IMG/VR virus record: IMGVR_UViG_3300032239_001203
Span: 1-27,594 of that record
DNA from: a virus
Taxonomy: Duplodnaviria; Caudoviricetes
Length of the DNA stretch: 27,594 bases
Direction: 5' to 3' (one strand)
Position 1 is the stretch's first letter, and every line of letters begins with the position of its first letter. The translations under genes were made by a program, and so were the position numbers. The notes below the pieces were generated by a model, which was not told the origin of the DNA, searched no databases, and saw nothing but the letters and a program-made list of their open reading frames with translations. This document shows positions 7,411 to 15,443 of this stretch, one piece after another.

Positions 7411-8181
7411 CCCTGCCCTATGAATATCATTAAGTTCACGAATATATTTAACAAGTGGACTATCTGAAAACTGTTCCAACTCATAGTTATCTTTAATAAA
7501 GCAGTGTCCTCCCCACCCAAACTCTCCATCCCAACCAGGAACTTGAGTATGAGATGTACCAATCCTTTCATCCATTCCTGCCATAGTGCGAAACTCATCA
7601 AAGGTTGATTCGCATCCAAGATTTTTATGAACCCTATAGAGTTCATTATAAATCGTAACTTTAGTTGCAAGAAAAAAGTTTTCTGCATATTTAACCAGAG
7701 CAGCACTACGAATATCAGTTATTCCAACTCTCTTTAGTTTCAATTTGGGAAGTCTTTTTACAAAAATACGTGCAACTTTCTTGGCAGCAGATTTATTCCC
7801 ACCAATAATACAGAAATCTTGTTTTTGAAACTTCTCAATATTATGGCGAGAATCTAGATATTCTGGACTATGAAGAACGTGAATTTTTTTGTATTTCTTT
7901 TCTGCTTCATAATAATAATTTGGATTAGCAGTTGACTTACAACATACTGGAGTTTTACCACCAATATACTCATCAACTTGATTTAAAATATTATCAAGAA
8001 GACCGTTATTGTTTTCTTTTGGTGTATCTACACAAACAAAAACAGCATCAAATTTTTCTTCTGAATGATTAGAAATAACATCATCACTCAGTTTAGGATC
8101 AATAATTACCTTTTCATCATCGGTAAAAATAGAGGCAACAGCAGATCCAACATATCCGTGCCCGATAATCATTACTTTCAT
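7399..8181 (-). CDS. UDP-glucose/GDP-mannose dehydrogenase family protein, short form
   Basis: Rossmann GHGYVG, FVCVDTP, CKST, SPEYL, KYAENFFLATK, DERIG and catalytic GGHCFIKD. ATGA overlap with gp46. Confidence 0.85.
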   Translation of the reverse strand: MKVMIIGHGYVGSAVASIFTDDEKVIIDPKLSDDVISNHSEEKFDAVFVCVDTPKENNNGLLDNILNQVDEYIGGKTPVCCKSTANPNYYYEAEKKYKKIHVLHSPEYLDSRHNIEKFQKQDFCIIGGNKSAAKKVARIFVKRLPKLKLKRVGITDIRSAALVKYAENFFLATKVTIYNELYRVHKNLGCESTFDEFRTMAGMDERIGTSHTQVPGWDGEFGWGGHCFIKDNYELEQFSDSPLVKYIRELNDIHRAGVGF

Positions 8182-9887
8182 ACAATTCTCGAAAAACCTT
8201 TTACTTTATCAAATTTTATCACATTTTCAAATTTATCGTGCAACTCAGACTTATGAGATATTACAAAAATATTTGCATTCTTAATGACATAACGAATAAT
8301 TTTAAGAAACTCTTCCGTACCAAATCCATCAAGAGATGAGTCAAAAACCTCATCCATAATAAGAAGATTTGTATTGACTGAATTCTTAACTCTAGCAACT
8401 TCTCTCCAAGTGAAAAGAAGTGCTAGGTCAATACGCATCTTTTCACCTTCACTAAAAGATGCATAAGAAAAATCTTCATGAATGGGAGATTTAACAGTTT
8501 CATTAAACTCCTCATCTAGATGAAAATTAATGTAGAAATCCATCAATTGCAGATAACGATTTACCTGCTGATTTATAAAGGGAAGGTACTTCTTAATGAT
8601 TTTGGTTTTTACACCACCATCCTTAAGTAGACTATAAACAAAATCGTAATGAACGCTTGCTTCTTTCTTTTTCGCTATTTCATCATAAACCTTTGCTAGA
8701 GATTCTCTAAACTCTTCTAACTTCTCATGTTCAATATTTCGGTTTTCAAGTCGTTCGGTAATAGTTTGAATTTCAGATTCAAGGTCCCGAATTTGTCTCT
8801 GGTTAAGTGATATCCGAGTATTGTTTTGAGAAATCTCATGGTTGAGTTTTGTAATCTCCTTCGATAGAACTATAAATTGACGCTCTCTATCCTCTTCAAG
8901 TTTTATAGTATCCTCAAGTTCTTTAAATCCTTGTTGGAGTTCCTTTGCCTTATTTTGAGCGTCAGTAATTCTATTTAACCGAAATTCTTCTTCGATAGTT
9001 TGAGTACATGTAGGGCAGACCGTATTTTCAGAAAAAAACTTATGCTCTTTAGTAATAACAGATACCTTTTGAGATATCTTACCCTTAAGATTGCCTAGTT
9101 TTTTTAATTTATCTGCGGCGCCAATAACACTATCAAGATCATCAGTAACGTTAAGAACTTGTTTCTCTATAGTAGTAATTTCTTCACAATGAGAATCTAT
9201 TTCCGTTAAGAGTTGATCTATTTTAATTTTACGATCTTCAATATTTTCCTTTCCCCTATTCTCCAATTCATCAATAAAGTTTTGTTGCATTTCAACTTTA
9301 TCTTTGGTATTTTCTTTCTTTGCTTCCAAAGATCGCACTTGCTCTTTTTCTTGGCGGATTTTATCCTTAACCAAATTATTCATTGCGGAGAAGATACGAA
9401 TATCTAAGAGGTCTTCAATTACCTCACGGCGATTTGCAGTGGTAAGTTGCATAAAGGGAACGAAAGTACTAGAACCCAATACAACAATTTGAGTGAAAGA
9501 CTTATAATTTACTTTAAGAATATTTTCTTCCAGTATTCTTTGCATTGCACGATCATCCGCCTCTTTGTTAAGAGGATTACCATTAACCTCAATATCAAAG
9601 ACATTTGGTTTGATACCACGTCTTACAAGATAATCTCGACTATTGATAGAAAATTCAATCTCAACTAAGCAGTCCTTATCATTAACTGAATTTACTAATT
9701 GAGGTTTGTTAATTTTGCGAAATGGTTTATTAAACAATACAAAAGTCAGAGCATCTAAAACCGTAGATTTACCTGCACCATTAGTACCGATAATTAAATT
9801 AGTACTGCTCTGCTGAAAATCAATTTCAGTCGATTGGTTTCCAGTCGAAAGGAAATTACGAAAACGAATTTTTTTAAAGGTAATCAT
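8178..9887 (-). CDS. gp46: Recombination endonuclease ATPase subunit (Rad50/SbcC-like)
   Basis: NFLSTGN, GTNGAGKST, CPTC zinc hook, FSEGEKMRIDLAL, MDEVFDSSLD, ISHK. Confidence 0.97.
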   Translation of the reverse strand: MITFKKIRFRNFLSTGNQSTEIDFQQSSTNLIIGTNGAGKSTVLDALTFVLFNKPFRKINKPQLVNSVNDKDCLVEIEFSINSRDYLVRRGIKPNVFDIEVNGNPLNKEADDRAMQRILEENILKVNYKSFTQIVVLGSSTFVPFMQLTTANRREVIEDLLDIRIFSAMNNLVKDKIRQEKEQVRSLEAKKENTKDKVEMQQNFIDELENRGKENIEDRKIKIDQLLTEIDSHCEEITTIEKQVLNVTDDLDSVIGAADKLKKLGNLKGKISQKVSVITKEHKFFSENTVCPTCTQTIEEEFRLNRITDAQNKAKELQQGFKELEDTIKLEEDRERQFIVLSKEITKLNHEISQNNTRISLNQRQIRDLESEIQTITERLENRNIEHEKLEEFRESLAKVYDEIAKKKEASVHYDFVYSLLKDGGVKTKIIKKYLPFINQQVNRYLQLMDFYINFHLDEEFNETVKSPIHEDFSYASFSEGEKMRIDLALLFTWREVARVKNSVNTNLLIMDEVFDSSLDGFGTEEFLKIIRYVIKNANIFVISHKSELHDKFENVIKFDKVKGFSRIV

Positions 9888-10150
9888 TACTCAATGTTTT
9901 TCGGTGGAACGACAATGTCGTTTGGTGTAATAACAGTATACTTATAATTGTAAACTCTACAGGTATGAATTGCAAGTTCTGGATCAACTTCTATAACATC
10001 TATTTCTATCCCTTCACTATCCTCTAGCATCAATGCATATCTAACAGCATCATCTTCCTCTTCAAACATAAAAAGGACTTTATCACCACTGTCATCCTGA
10101 ACGGCATAAGCACCGTCTTCTTTTTTACCTTCAACAGTAAGAATAAACAC
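9887..10150 (-). CDS. Conserved hypothetical protein, DUF3110-like
   Basis: VLFMFEEEDDAVRYALMLE resembles cyanobacterial DUF3110; translationally coupled between gp47 and gp46. Confidence 0.65.
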   Translation of the reverse strand: MFILTVEGKKEDGAYAVQDDSGDKVLFMFEEEDDAVRYALMLEDSEGIEIDVIEVDPELAIHTCRVYNYKYTVITPNDIVVPPKNIE

Positions 10151-11190
10151 TATTCTACCTCACACGCCTGAGAATATAATTCTTGTATAATTCCCTTGAT
10201 GATTGATTTATCGTAATTGATTTCGGATTCATCAACATACCTATTCAAAATTGATAAAGTATTTTCGGTTTCTTCAACTGCAAAATCCTCCCCCTCAACA
10301 ATATCAAAGTTTTCAATAATTTTGAGTTCTTGAATTCCAGAAGAATGAAGTTTATCAACGAACTTTTCAAAATTTTTGATATTAGATTTTTTACGGACAA
10401 TGATCTTTACAATTTTATTAACATACTCCGTCGTATCAATCATTTGATGGGGAGTATCATCATAGTAAACATTGTAAAAGAGTTTGAAAGGATTATTGAT
10501 CGGAGTGTGCTCTAGAGTTTCAGTATCAAAAATATGAAACCCACGAGTATCATTCACATCATTCCAAAACATCTCATAAGGATTTCCAAGATAAAAAACC
10601 TTTCCATTATCAGAACGAGTATGATAATGTCCCGAATAAACTTTGGAAAATTTATCAAGAATATCTATATCCATCCCATCCTCCATAACATGCCCACGAT
10701 GGGCACGAAATCCATTCAATTCCAAATGACCGAATGCAATTTTAGATTTGGTACTATTGATAAGATTAAAAGTTTTTTCTTGATTTTCTTGATTAATCCA
10801 AGGGATGAAAAGAGTTTTTAATTTGTCAAATTGAACTTCAGTAGTTTCGGAATAAATTTTGACATTATCATATTCTCTCAGAAGAAGACCTACCGAGTTA
10901 ACATCATTCGTATTCTTATAATATGCAGTATGATTACCAACAATAGTATGAATTGTTATGCCAAGATCTCTTAAGTGATTGTAGTAATTTTCCTTCGCCC
11001 ATTCTAAAGACCAAAGATCAATGCTTCTACGATTATCAAAAGTATCTCCCATATCAATAACAACTTTAATGTTGTTATCTTCAAGATATGGGAAGAATAT
11101 TTCGTCGTAAAACTTTTTAAAATAATCGTGCAGAAACTTGGACCCTTTACGGGCACCAAAATGTTGATCTGTTATGATTGCAACCTTCAT
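10150..11190 (-). CDS. gp47: Recombination endonuclease nuclease subunit (Mre11/SbcD-like)
   Basis: TDQHFG, GDTFDNR, GNH, GHLE and SGHYH metallophosphoesterase motifs. Confidence 0.96.
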   Translation of the reverse strand: MKVAIITDQHFGARKGSKFLHDYFKKFYDEIFFPYLEDNNIKVVIDMGDTFDNRRSIDLWSLEWAKENYYNHLRDLGITIHTIVGNHTAYYKNTNDVNSVGLLLREYDNVKIYSETTEVQFDKLKTLFIPWINQENQEKTFNLINSTKSKIAFGHLELNGFRAHRGHVMEDGMDIDILDKFSKVYSGHYHTRSDNGKVFYLGNPYEMFWNDVNDTRGFHIFDTETLEHTPINNPFKLFYNVYYDDTPHQMIDTTEYVNKIVKIIVRKKSNIKNFEKFVDKLHSSGIQELKIIENFDIVEGEDFAVEETENTLSILNRYVDESEINYDKSIIKGIIQELYSQACEVE

Positions 11191-11666
11191 CGGTTATTGT
11201 TTCGATACTGGATGTTGTCCTTCATGCTATTATACTCCGAATTGCTCCCAGAAAGCAAGCTGTCATCAACCGTCATAACCTCATCGAATCCAGTGCGTTC
11301 AATGATTTTATTTTTAATTTCTAATTGCTTTTTCTCCTTCTGAATGCGGCGAAGAAAAGCATAGTGAATGATTTGAGTAAAATACGCAAATGGATTCTGC
11401 GATCTTTCGGGATTGAAGTTATGAATGTACTGAACGCAATTCTCAATACCATCAGAGATCATATCATCCCTAAACATATAATTGACAAAGTTGGGTTTAT
11501 ATGAAAGGTGTGTGGCAATCTTTAGAAAGCATTCTCCCAAATAGTTGCTAATGCGTGGCTTAGGTAGATCATTCTCTTTTGCATGAGCAAGTTTTGAACG
11601 ATGGACTATAAGGGCTTCTAATAACTCCTTATTGTTAACATAATGTTCTGGTTTCTTTTTGGGCAT
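11187..11666 (-). CDS. gp55: Late transcription sigma factor
   Basis: HYVNNKELL, FVNYMFRDDMISDGIENC, NPFAYFTQIIHYAFLRRIQKEKKQ. Confidence 0.96.
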   Translation of the reverse strand: MPKKKPEHYVNNKELLEALIVHRSKLAHAKENDLPKPRISNYLGECFLKIATHLSYKPNFVNYMFRDDMISDGIENCVQYIHNFNPERSQNPFAYFTQIIHYAFLRRIQKEKKQLEIKNKIIERTGFDEVMTVDDSLLSGSNSEYNSMKDNIQYRNNNR

Positions 11667-11700
11667 AACATTTTCTCAGATTATTAAAACTAATGTAACT

Positions 11701-11730
11701 ATTATACCACAATAATTAAGGACTTGACAA
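11701..11730 (-). promoter_or_regulatory. sigma70-type promoter for gp55: TTGTCA-N18-TATAAT with TG extension
   Basis: -10 at 11706-11701 preceded by TGG; -35-like hexamer at 11730-11725. Confidence 0.7.
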
Positions 11731-11752
11731 GGTCCGTAATTATGTGTAGAAT
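11724..11752 (+). promoter_or_regulatory. sigma70-type antisense promoter TTGACA-N17-TAGAAT
   Basis: Perfect -35, 17-nt spacer and 5/6 -10; no credible plus-strand gene downstream. Confidence 0.65.
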
Positions 11753-11779
11753 ACCTTTGTTAGGGTTGAAAGGGAGTGG

Positions 11780-12202
11780 CTAAGTATCTTGGACATTATT
11801 ATAGATATTCTCTAACATCTTACGGGCATCATCAACCGATGCAATATATCCCATCTTCTCAGAAACTTTGACAGGATCTGTTGGCGATGGAGTGGGGAAC
11901 TTACCTTTATTTCCACTACTCTCTTCAAGATACTCATTATAAAAACGAATCATATATTCATCTTTAATTTCCGTCATTGTAATAATTTTTTCCATATGCA
12001 TGATAAAGAAATCATCAGAAGCAAACTTGATCCATGGTTCAATCTTTAACAAAGATCCATTTGATTTGGAGACATATTTTAATACAACAGGATTTTGCAT
12101 AATTACAACCGATTCTTCGTCAGTTTTGTCAATACAAACTAACGAAAAAACTTCCTCTCCTGATACTAGTTTTAAAATGCAATAAAACTCTTCGCCCATC
12201 AT
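11780..12202 (-). CDS. Conserved hypothetical protein between uvsW and gp55 (possible Sm-like fold)
   Basis: KLVSGEEVF...NPV...EPWI...KMGYIASVDDARKMLENIY; conserved position in cyanomyoviruses. Confidence 0.75.
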   Translation of the reverse strand: MMGEEFYCILKLVSGEEVFSLVCIDKTDEESVVIMQNPVVLKYVSKSNGSLLKIEPWIKFASDDFFIMHMEKIITMTEIKDEYMIRFYNEYLEESSGNKGKFPTPSPTDPVKVSEKMGYIASVDDARKMLENIYNNVQDT

Positions 12203-13662
12203 TTTGCAAAATTAATGTTTACTATGTCGTAATTAAAATTTTCTTCATTATAAATTTTAATTCTTTCAATCAAATGATTAAGTGTGTAATTTTTTTGAGA
12301 TTTATAACTGATATCATCGGCAATGTCATATAGAGTTGCTTTTACTTTGTTTTCTCCTTTTCGGAGAACTCTGCCGATAGATTGAAGATTTCTAATTCTC
12401 GATTTTGATGGTGACGCAAACACAACATTATGTAAGTTACGAATATTGATACCAGTAGAAAAAGTCCCATAAGATGCTACAATAATTGCGTTGTTTTCTT
12501 TTTCTGTTATTTCACGAACTTTTTCTCGTTCTTCAGTATCTACACCACCATGAATAAAGAACACGTGGCGATCATTACCTATGTCATTATTTATCAAATT
12601 GTAAAGCGGTTCTCCGTGACTTTCTACTCTTGAAAATAGAATAAGAGTGTTTCCTTTTAGATCTAAAGTGAGATTTTTAATAAAGTTATTTCGCTTCGAA
12701 TGATTGATAATGTACTGAACTTCATCTTCAAATATTTGAAATTTATTCGGTGGGTGCTTCAGTAGAAGTATTTTGATATCCAATTTAGCAAGATGACCTT
12801 TTTGCATTAGTTCATCAGTTTTAATGATCTTATAAGAAGGTCCAAACAATCCTTCCAAAACCCACTTATGAGTTTGACTTCCATCTAGTGTTCCAGTGAA
12901 TCCAAAACGATACTTCGCATCACAAAGTTTTGTCATTATAGATATTAATGACTTGGATTTAAACTGGTGTGCCTCATCTCCTACGACTACATTAAATCTG
13001 GCAAAATACTGCTTTGGCAATTTGTAAATGCTTTGCCAGGTAGTAATAATAACTTGGGAATCAGTTTCTCGTTCCTTTCCTGCATAGATCTTGTGGCAAA
13101 ATGAACCAACATCCCATCCATAATCTGCAAAATCTTTATACATTTGTTCTACAAGGGAAGTCGTCGGAACAACTATCAGAATATTTTGCTGCTTCTCAAC
13201 GTAATATCTCACAACAGAATATATCATTAACGACTTTCCAGAAGCAGTTGGGGATATCAATAATTTTCGATTATGTCGCAAGGCGTCGTATACTCCCTCA
13301 ACTTGGTAGTCGCGTGGGGCGTGTTTGCTGATAGCTGTCATATAATCTTTCACACCTTCCTTTGAGATTCCATCATTGATCTCAAAGGGAAGTCCATAGA
13401 ACTTATTATCCGCAAATTCATATGTGTATTCGTGGTCCTCACAGAACCTGATAATTCTGTCTAAGAGCCCAATATAAATCTCACCTGTCTGTGTGTTAAA
13501 TAGGCGAATTTTTCCGTCCCAGTATTTGTTTTTATACTGAGGACTAAATTTTGCATTTGGAACCTCAAATGTGAACTGATCTGCTAGTTCATAATAAATG
13601 TGAGGTTCTGCCTTGATATACAGATATACTTCATTCTTTTTTGATATAATCAAATGACTCAT
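12199..13662 (-). CDS. uvsW: DNA helicase UvsW
   Basis: WDGKIRLF, PRDYQ, SPTASGKS, GDEAH, GFTGT, STGINI, QSIGRVLR. Confidence 0.97.
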   Translation of the reverse strand: MSHLIISKKNEVYLYIKAEPHIYYELADQFTFEVPNAKFSPQYKNKYWDGKIRLFNTQTGEIYIGLLDRIIRFCEDHEYTYEFADNKFYGLPFEINDGISKEGVKDYMTAISKHAPRDYQVEGVYDALRHNRKLLISPTASGKSLMIYSVVRYYVEKQQNILIVVPTTSLVEQMYKDFADYGWDVGSFCHKIYAGKERETDSQVIITTWQSIYKLPKQYFARFNVVVGDEAHQFKSKSLISIMTKLCDAKYRFGFTGTLDGSQTHKWVLEGLFGPSYKIIKTDELMQKGHLAKLDIKILLLKHPPNKFQIFEDEVQYIINHSKRNNFIKNLTLDLKGNTLILFSRVESHGEPLYNLINNDIGNDRHVFFIHGGVDTEEREKVREITEKENNAIIVASYGTFSTGINIRNLHNVVFASPSKSRIRNLQSIGRVLRKGENKVKATLYDIADDISYKSQKNYTLNHLIERIKIYNEENFNYDIVNINFAK

Positions 13663-13685
13663 AATTTATATCATTCCGATACAAA

Positions 13686-13693
13686 TATTTATT
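13686..13693 (-). promoter_or_regulatory. Late promoter AATAAATA for uvsW
   Basis: Lies after the terminator, about 24 nt upstream of the ATG. Confidence 0.7.
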
Positions 13694-13696
13694 GAC

Positions 13697-13724
13697 AATA
13701 AAAAAGAGGCATTTCTGCCTCTTT
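13697..13724 (-). terminator. Intrinsic terminator (GAAA tetraloop)
   Basis: AGAGGCA-GAAA-TGCCTCT followed by a T run. Confidence 0.85.
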
Positions 13725-13730
13725 ACAATT

Positions 13731-14360
13731 TTATGATTGTTTTTCTTGTTCCCTTCTTTTCCTCAAATCTCTTCTGTGTGCTGCGGCAAGCAAATCCTTA
13801 TGAGAAATTGAACCAGAATACAACCCTTTTGTTTTTCCTTCTAATTCGTGTGCTCCACCTGCTCTATGAGCAATTCCCCTTCTTCTTCTACTTTCTGGAG
13901 TTCTTTCTGTTGTTGTTCCCATCAGATTTTTTGGATGATGGCCGTGATAGATTCCACTTGCTGCATCTTTTTTCTTTCTTGCTTCCCATTCAGAGTCACT
14001 CATAGATGCTTTAAGTTTTGCTGAATAATGGGTTGGAGTAATATGGTGTCCTTCTAACCCTGCTCTTTGTAATTTTTGGTTTTTAACATCTGCCGATGCT
14101 TTTTCGGCCGATGAACTTAAATTTGCGATCCTTTCTGCTCTTGCTCTTCTTTCTTCGGCACCACCTGATTTTGGTTTTAATCTCCATTTTGGATCATCTC
14201 CTCTACTGGCATTATTCCAGTAAAATCCTTTTGGTGTTCCACCATGATGTTTTTCACCCTCTTCTCTGCTTGAAAAAGTGGATGGTGAATCTGGGAAATG
14301 TCTTTTTCCTCTAGATTCTATAATATATGCTTCCAATATAAATTCCTTAAACGTCTTCAT
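13731..14360 (-). CDS. Putative capsid-targeted internal protein with HNH/AHH-like nuclease motif
   Basis: N-terminal MKTFKEFILE-A; EGHHITP...GHHPKNL...HRAGGAH; basic overall. Confidence 0.65.
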   Translation of the reverse strand: MKTFKEFILEAYIIESRGKRHFPDSPSTFSSREEGEKHHGGTPKGFYWNNASRGDDPKWRLKPKSGGAEERRARAERIANLSSSAEKASADVKNQKLQRAGLEGHHITPTHYSAKLKASMSDSEWEARKKKDAASGIYHGHHPKNLMGTTTERTPESRRRRGIAHRAGGAHELEGKTKGLYSGSISHKDLLAAAHRRDLRKRREQEKQS

Positions 14361-14379
14361 CTTACAGACAGTTTATTTT

Positions 14380-14386
14380 TATTTAG
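14380..14386 (-). promoter_or_regulatory. Late promoter variant CTAAATA overlapping the uvsY stop
   Basis: TAAATA core about 20 nt upstream of ATG 14360. Confidence 0.6.
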
Positions 14387-14814
14387 TTAAACCCTGCCTG
14401 AAAACGATGCCATTCAATAGCATTCTTGATTTGATACGTTCTGTTAGAAACTGTTTTAATAACTTCTTCTAAGAACTTCAACATAATGTCATAATATCTT
14501 ATCTTCAAATCAATTTTAGAGAGTCTCTCATCGGCACTCATATACCTCTCTATGGCATCCTTTTCCCTTACCTTATACGGAAATGGATCCTCCACATAGA
14601 CTTCTGCTGGTGCCTTTCCTGTGTAGTAGTTATAGCGTTCTAGACGCACTCTATTATAGGTTTCTCGTGCCTTCTCACGAAGAAGAGTAATTGTGTTGTA
14701 TAGTGTGTAATACTTTGCGTGAAGTTGTGGAATTTTTAGTGATTCATCGTGTAAGTTGTCAGGATCAATGACAGAATCTCTCTGCCACATCTCCTGAATT
14801 TCATCAAGATTCAT
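14383..14814 (-). CDS. uvsY: Recombination mediator UvsY
   Basis: DSVID...ESLKIPQLHAKY...YYTGKA...RTYQIKNAIEWHRFQAG. Confidence 0.93.
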   Translation of the reverse strand: MNLDEIQEMWQRDSVIDPDNLHDESLKIPQLHAKYYTLYNTITLLREKARETYNRVRLERYNYYTGKAPAEVYVEDPFPYKVREKDAIERYMSADERLSKIDLKIRYYDIMLKFLEEVIKTVSNRTYQIKNAIEWHRFQAGFN

Positions 14815-15371
14815 GTACTTGTAAATGGATAAAGTGGATTGTTATCTGTACCTAGTATATCATAGATTGTGTATTTGAAAACAACTTCTGCAGTAAAGTA
14901 TTGAACGTCAGTTTGTGTTGCATCAAATTCTAATGAAGTTATGGAAACTGGAAAAAGATCTTGAAATCTTACAAGTGCAACGTCTTTATAATTGCTATTT
15001 AAAACGCGAAGAGTACCATCACTAAATGCTCTTTTACCATCTTCAATCCCCTCATTTGTAATTAAATTTGCATATTCCTTGAGAGTTCCTGATCCACCTA
15101 AAGCAGTCAACCAATTGTGAATAATCATATAATTTTCCATACTCTCATCAACAAGAAATTTTAATGTAAGATCTCCAAAAACTGAGGTATCTCCTGGAAC
15201 ATCAATTGATTTCAAGTATGTTGGTTGAATTAAAGTTTGCAATGTTATTTCAGGAATTCTTGCAGAATTACAAAAAAATGCAACTTTTGGATATCTTGCC
15301 AGAGTAAATTTAAATCCTACTGGAGATAAAAAATTTCTATTTTGTGTCTGATTTGAAAATGCGTTAGCCAT
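14811..15371 (-). CDS. gp3: Tail tube terminator / tail completion protein
   Basis: NFLSPVGFKF, FLVDESMENYMIIHNW, SDGTL, FPVSITSLEFD; position after gp23. Confidence 0.88.
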   Translation of the reverse strand: MANAFSNQTQNRNFLSPVGFKFTLARYPKVAFFCNSARIPEITLQTLIQPTYLKSIDVPGDTSVFGDLTLKFLVDESMENYMIIHNWLTALGGSGTLKEYANLITNEGIEDGKRAFSDGTLRVLNSNYKDVALVRFQDLFPVSITSLEFDATQTDVQYFTAEVVFKYTIYDILGTDNNPLYPFTST

Positions 15372-15387
15372 AGGGGGCTTTTAGTTG

Positions 15388-15394
15388 TATTTAG
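15388..15394 (-). promoter_or_regulatory. Late promoter variant CTAAATA for gp3
   Basis: Immediately after the gp23 terminator. Confidence 0.6.
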
Positions 15395-15396
15395 AC

Positions 15397-15423
15397 AAAA
15401 AAAAGAGGGTCCGAAGACCCTCC
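15397..15423 (-). terminator. gp23 terminator with C(UUCG)G tetraloop
   Basis: GGAGGGTC-TTCG-GACCCTCT followed by a T run. Confidence 0.9.
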
Positions 15424-15443
15424 AAGAAAGATGTGAAAGAGAC

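Noticed and set aside
7377-7706. Alternative-frame ORF as the missing UGDH C-terminal domain
   Set aside because: It lies almost entirely within the UGDH gene and has no similarity to the UDP-binding domain.
13692-13725. Plus-strand TTGACA as an antisense promoter
   Set aside because: No -10 at 16-18 nt; the sequence is explained by the terminator/late-promoter junction.
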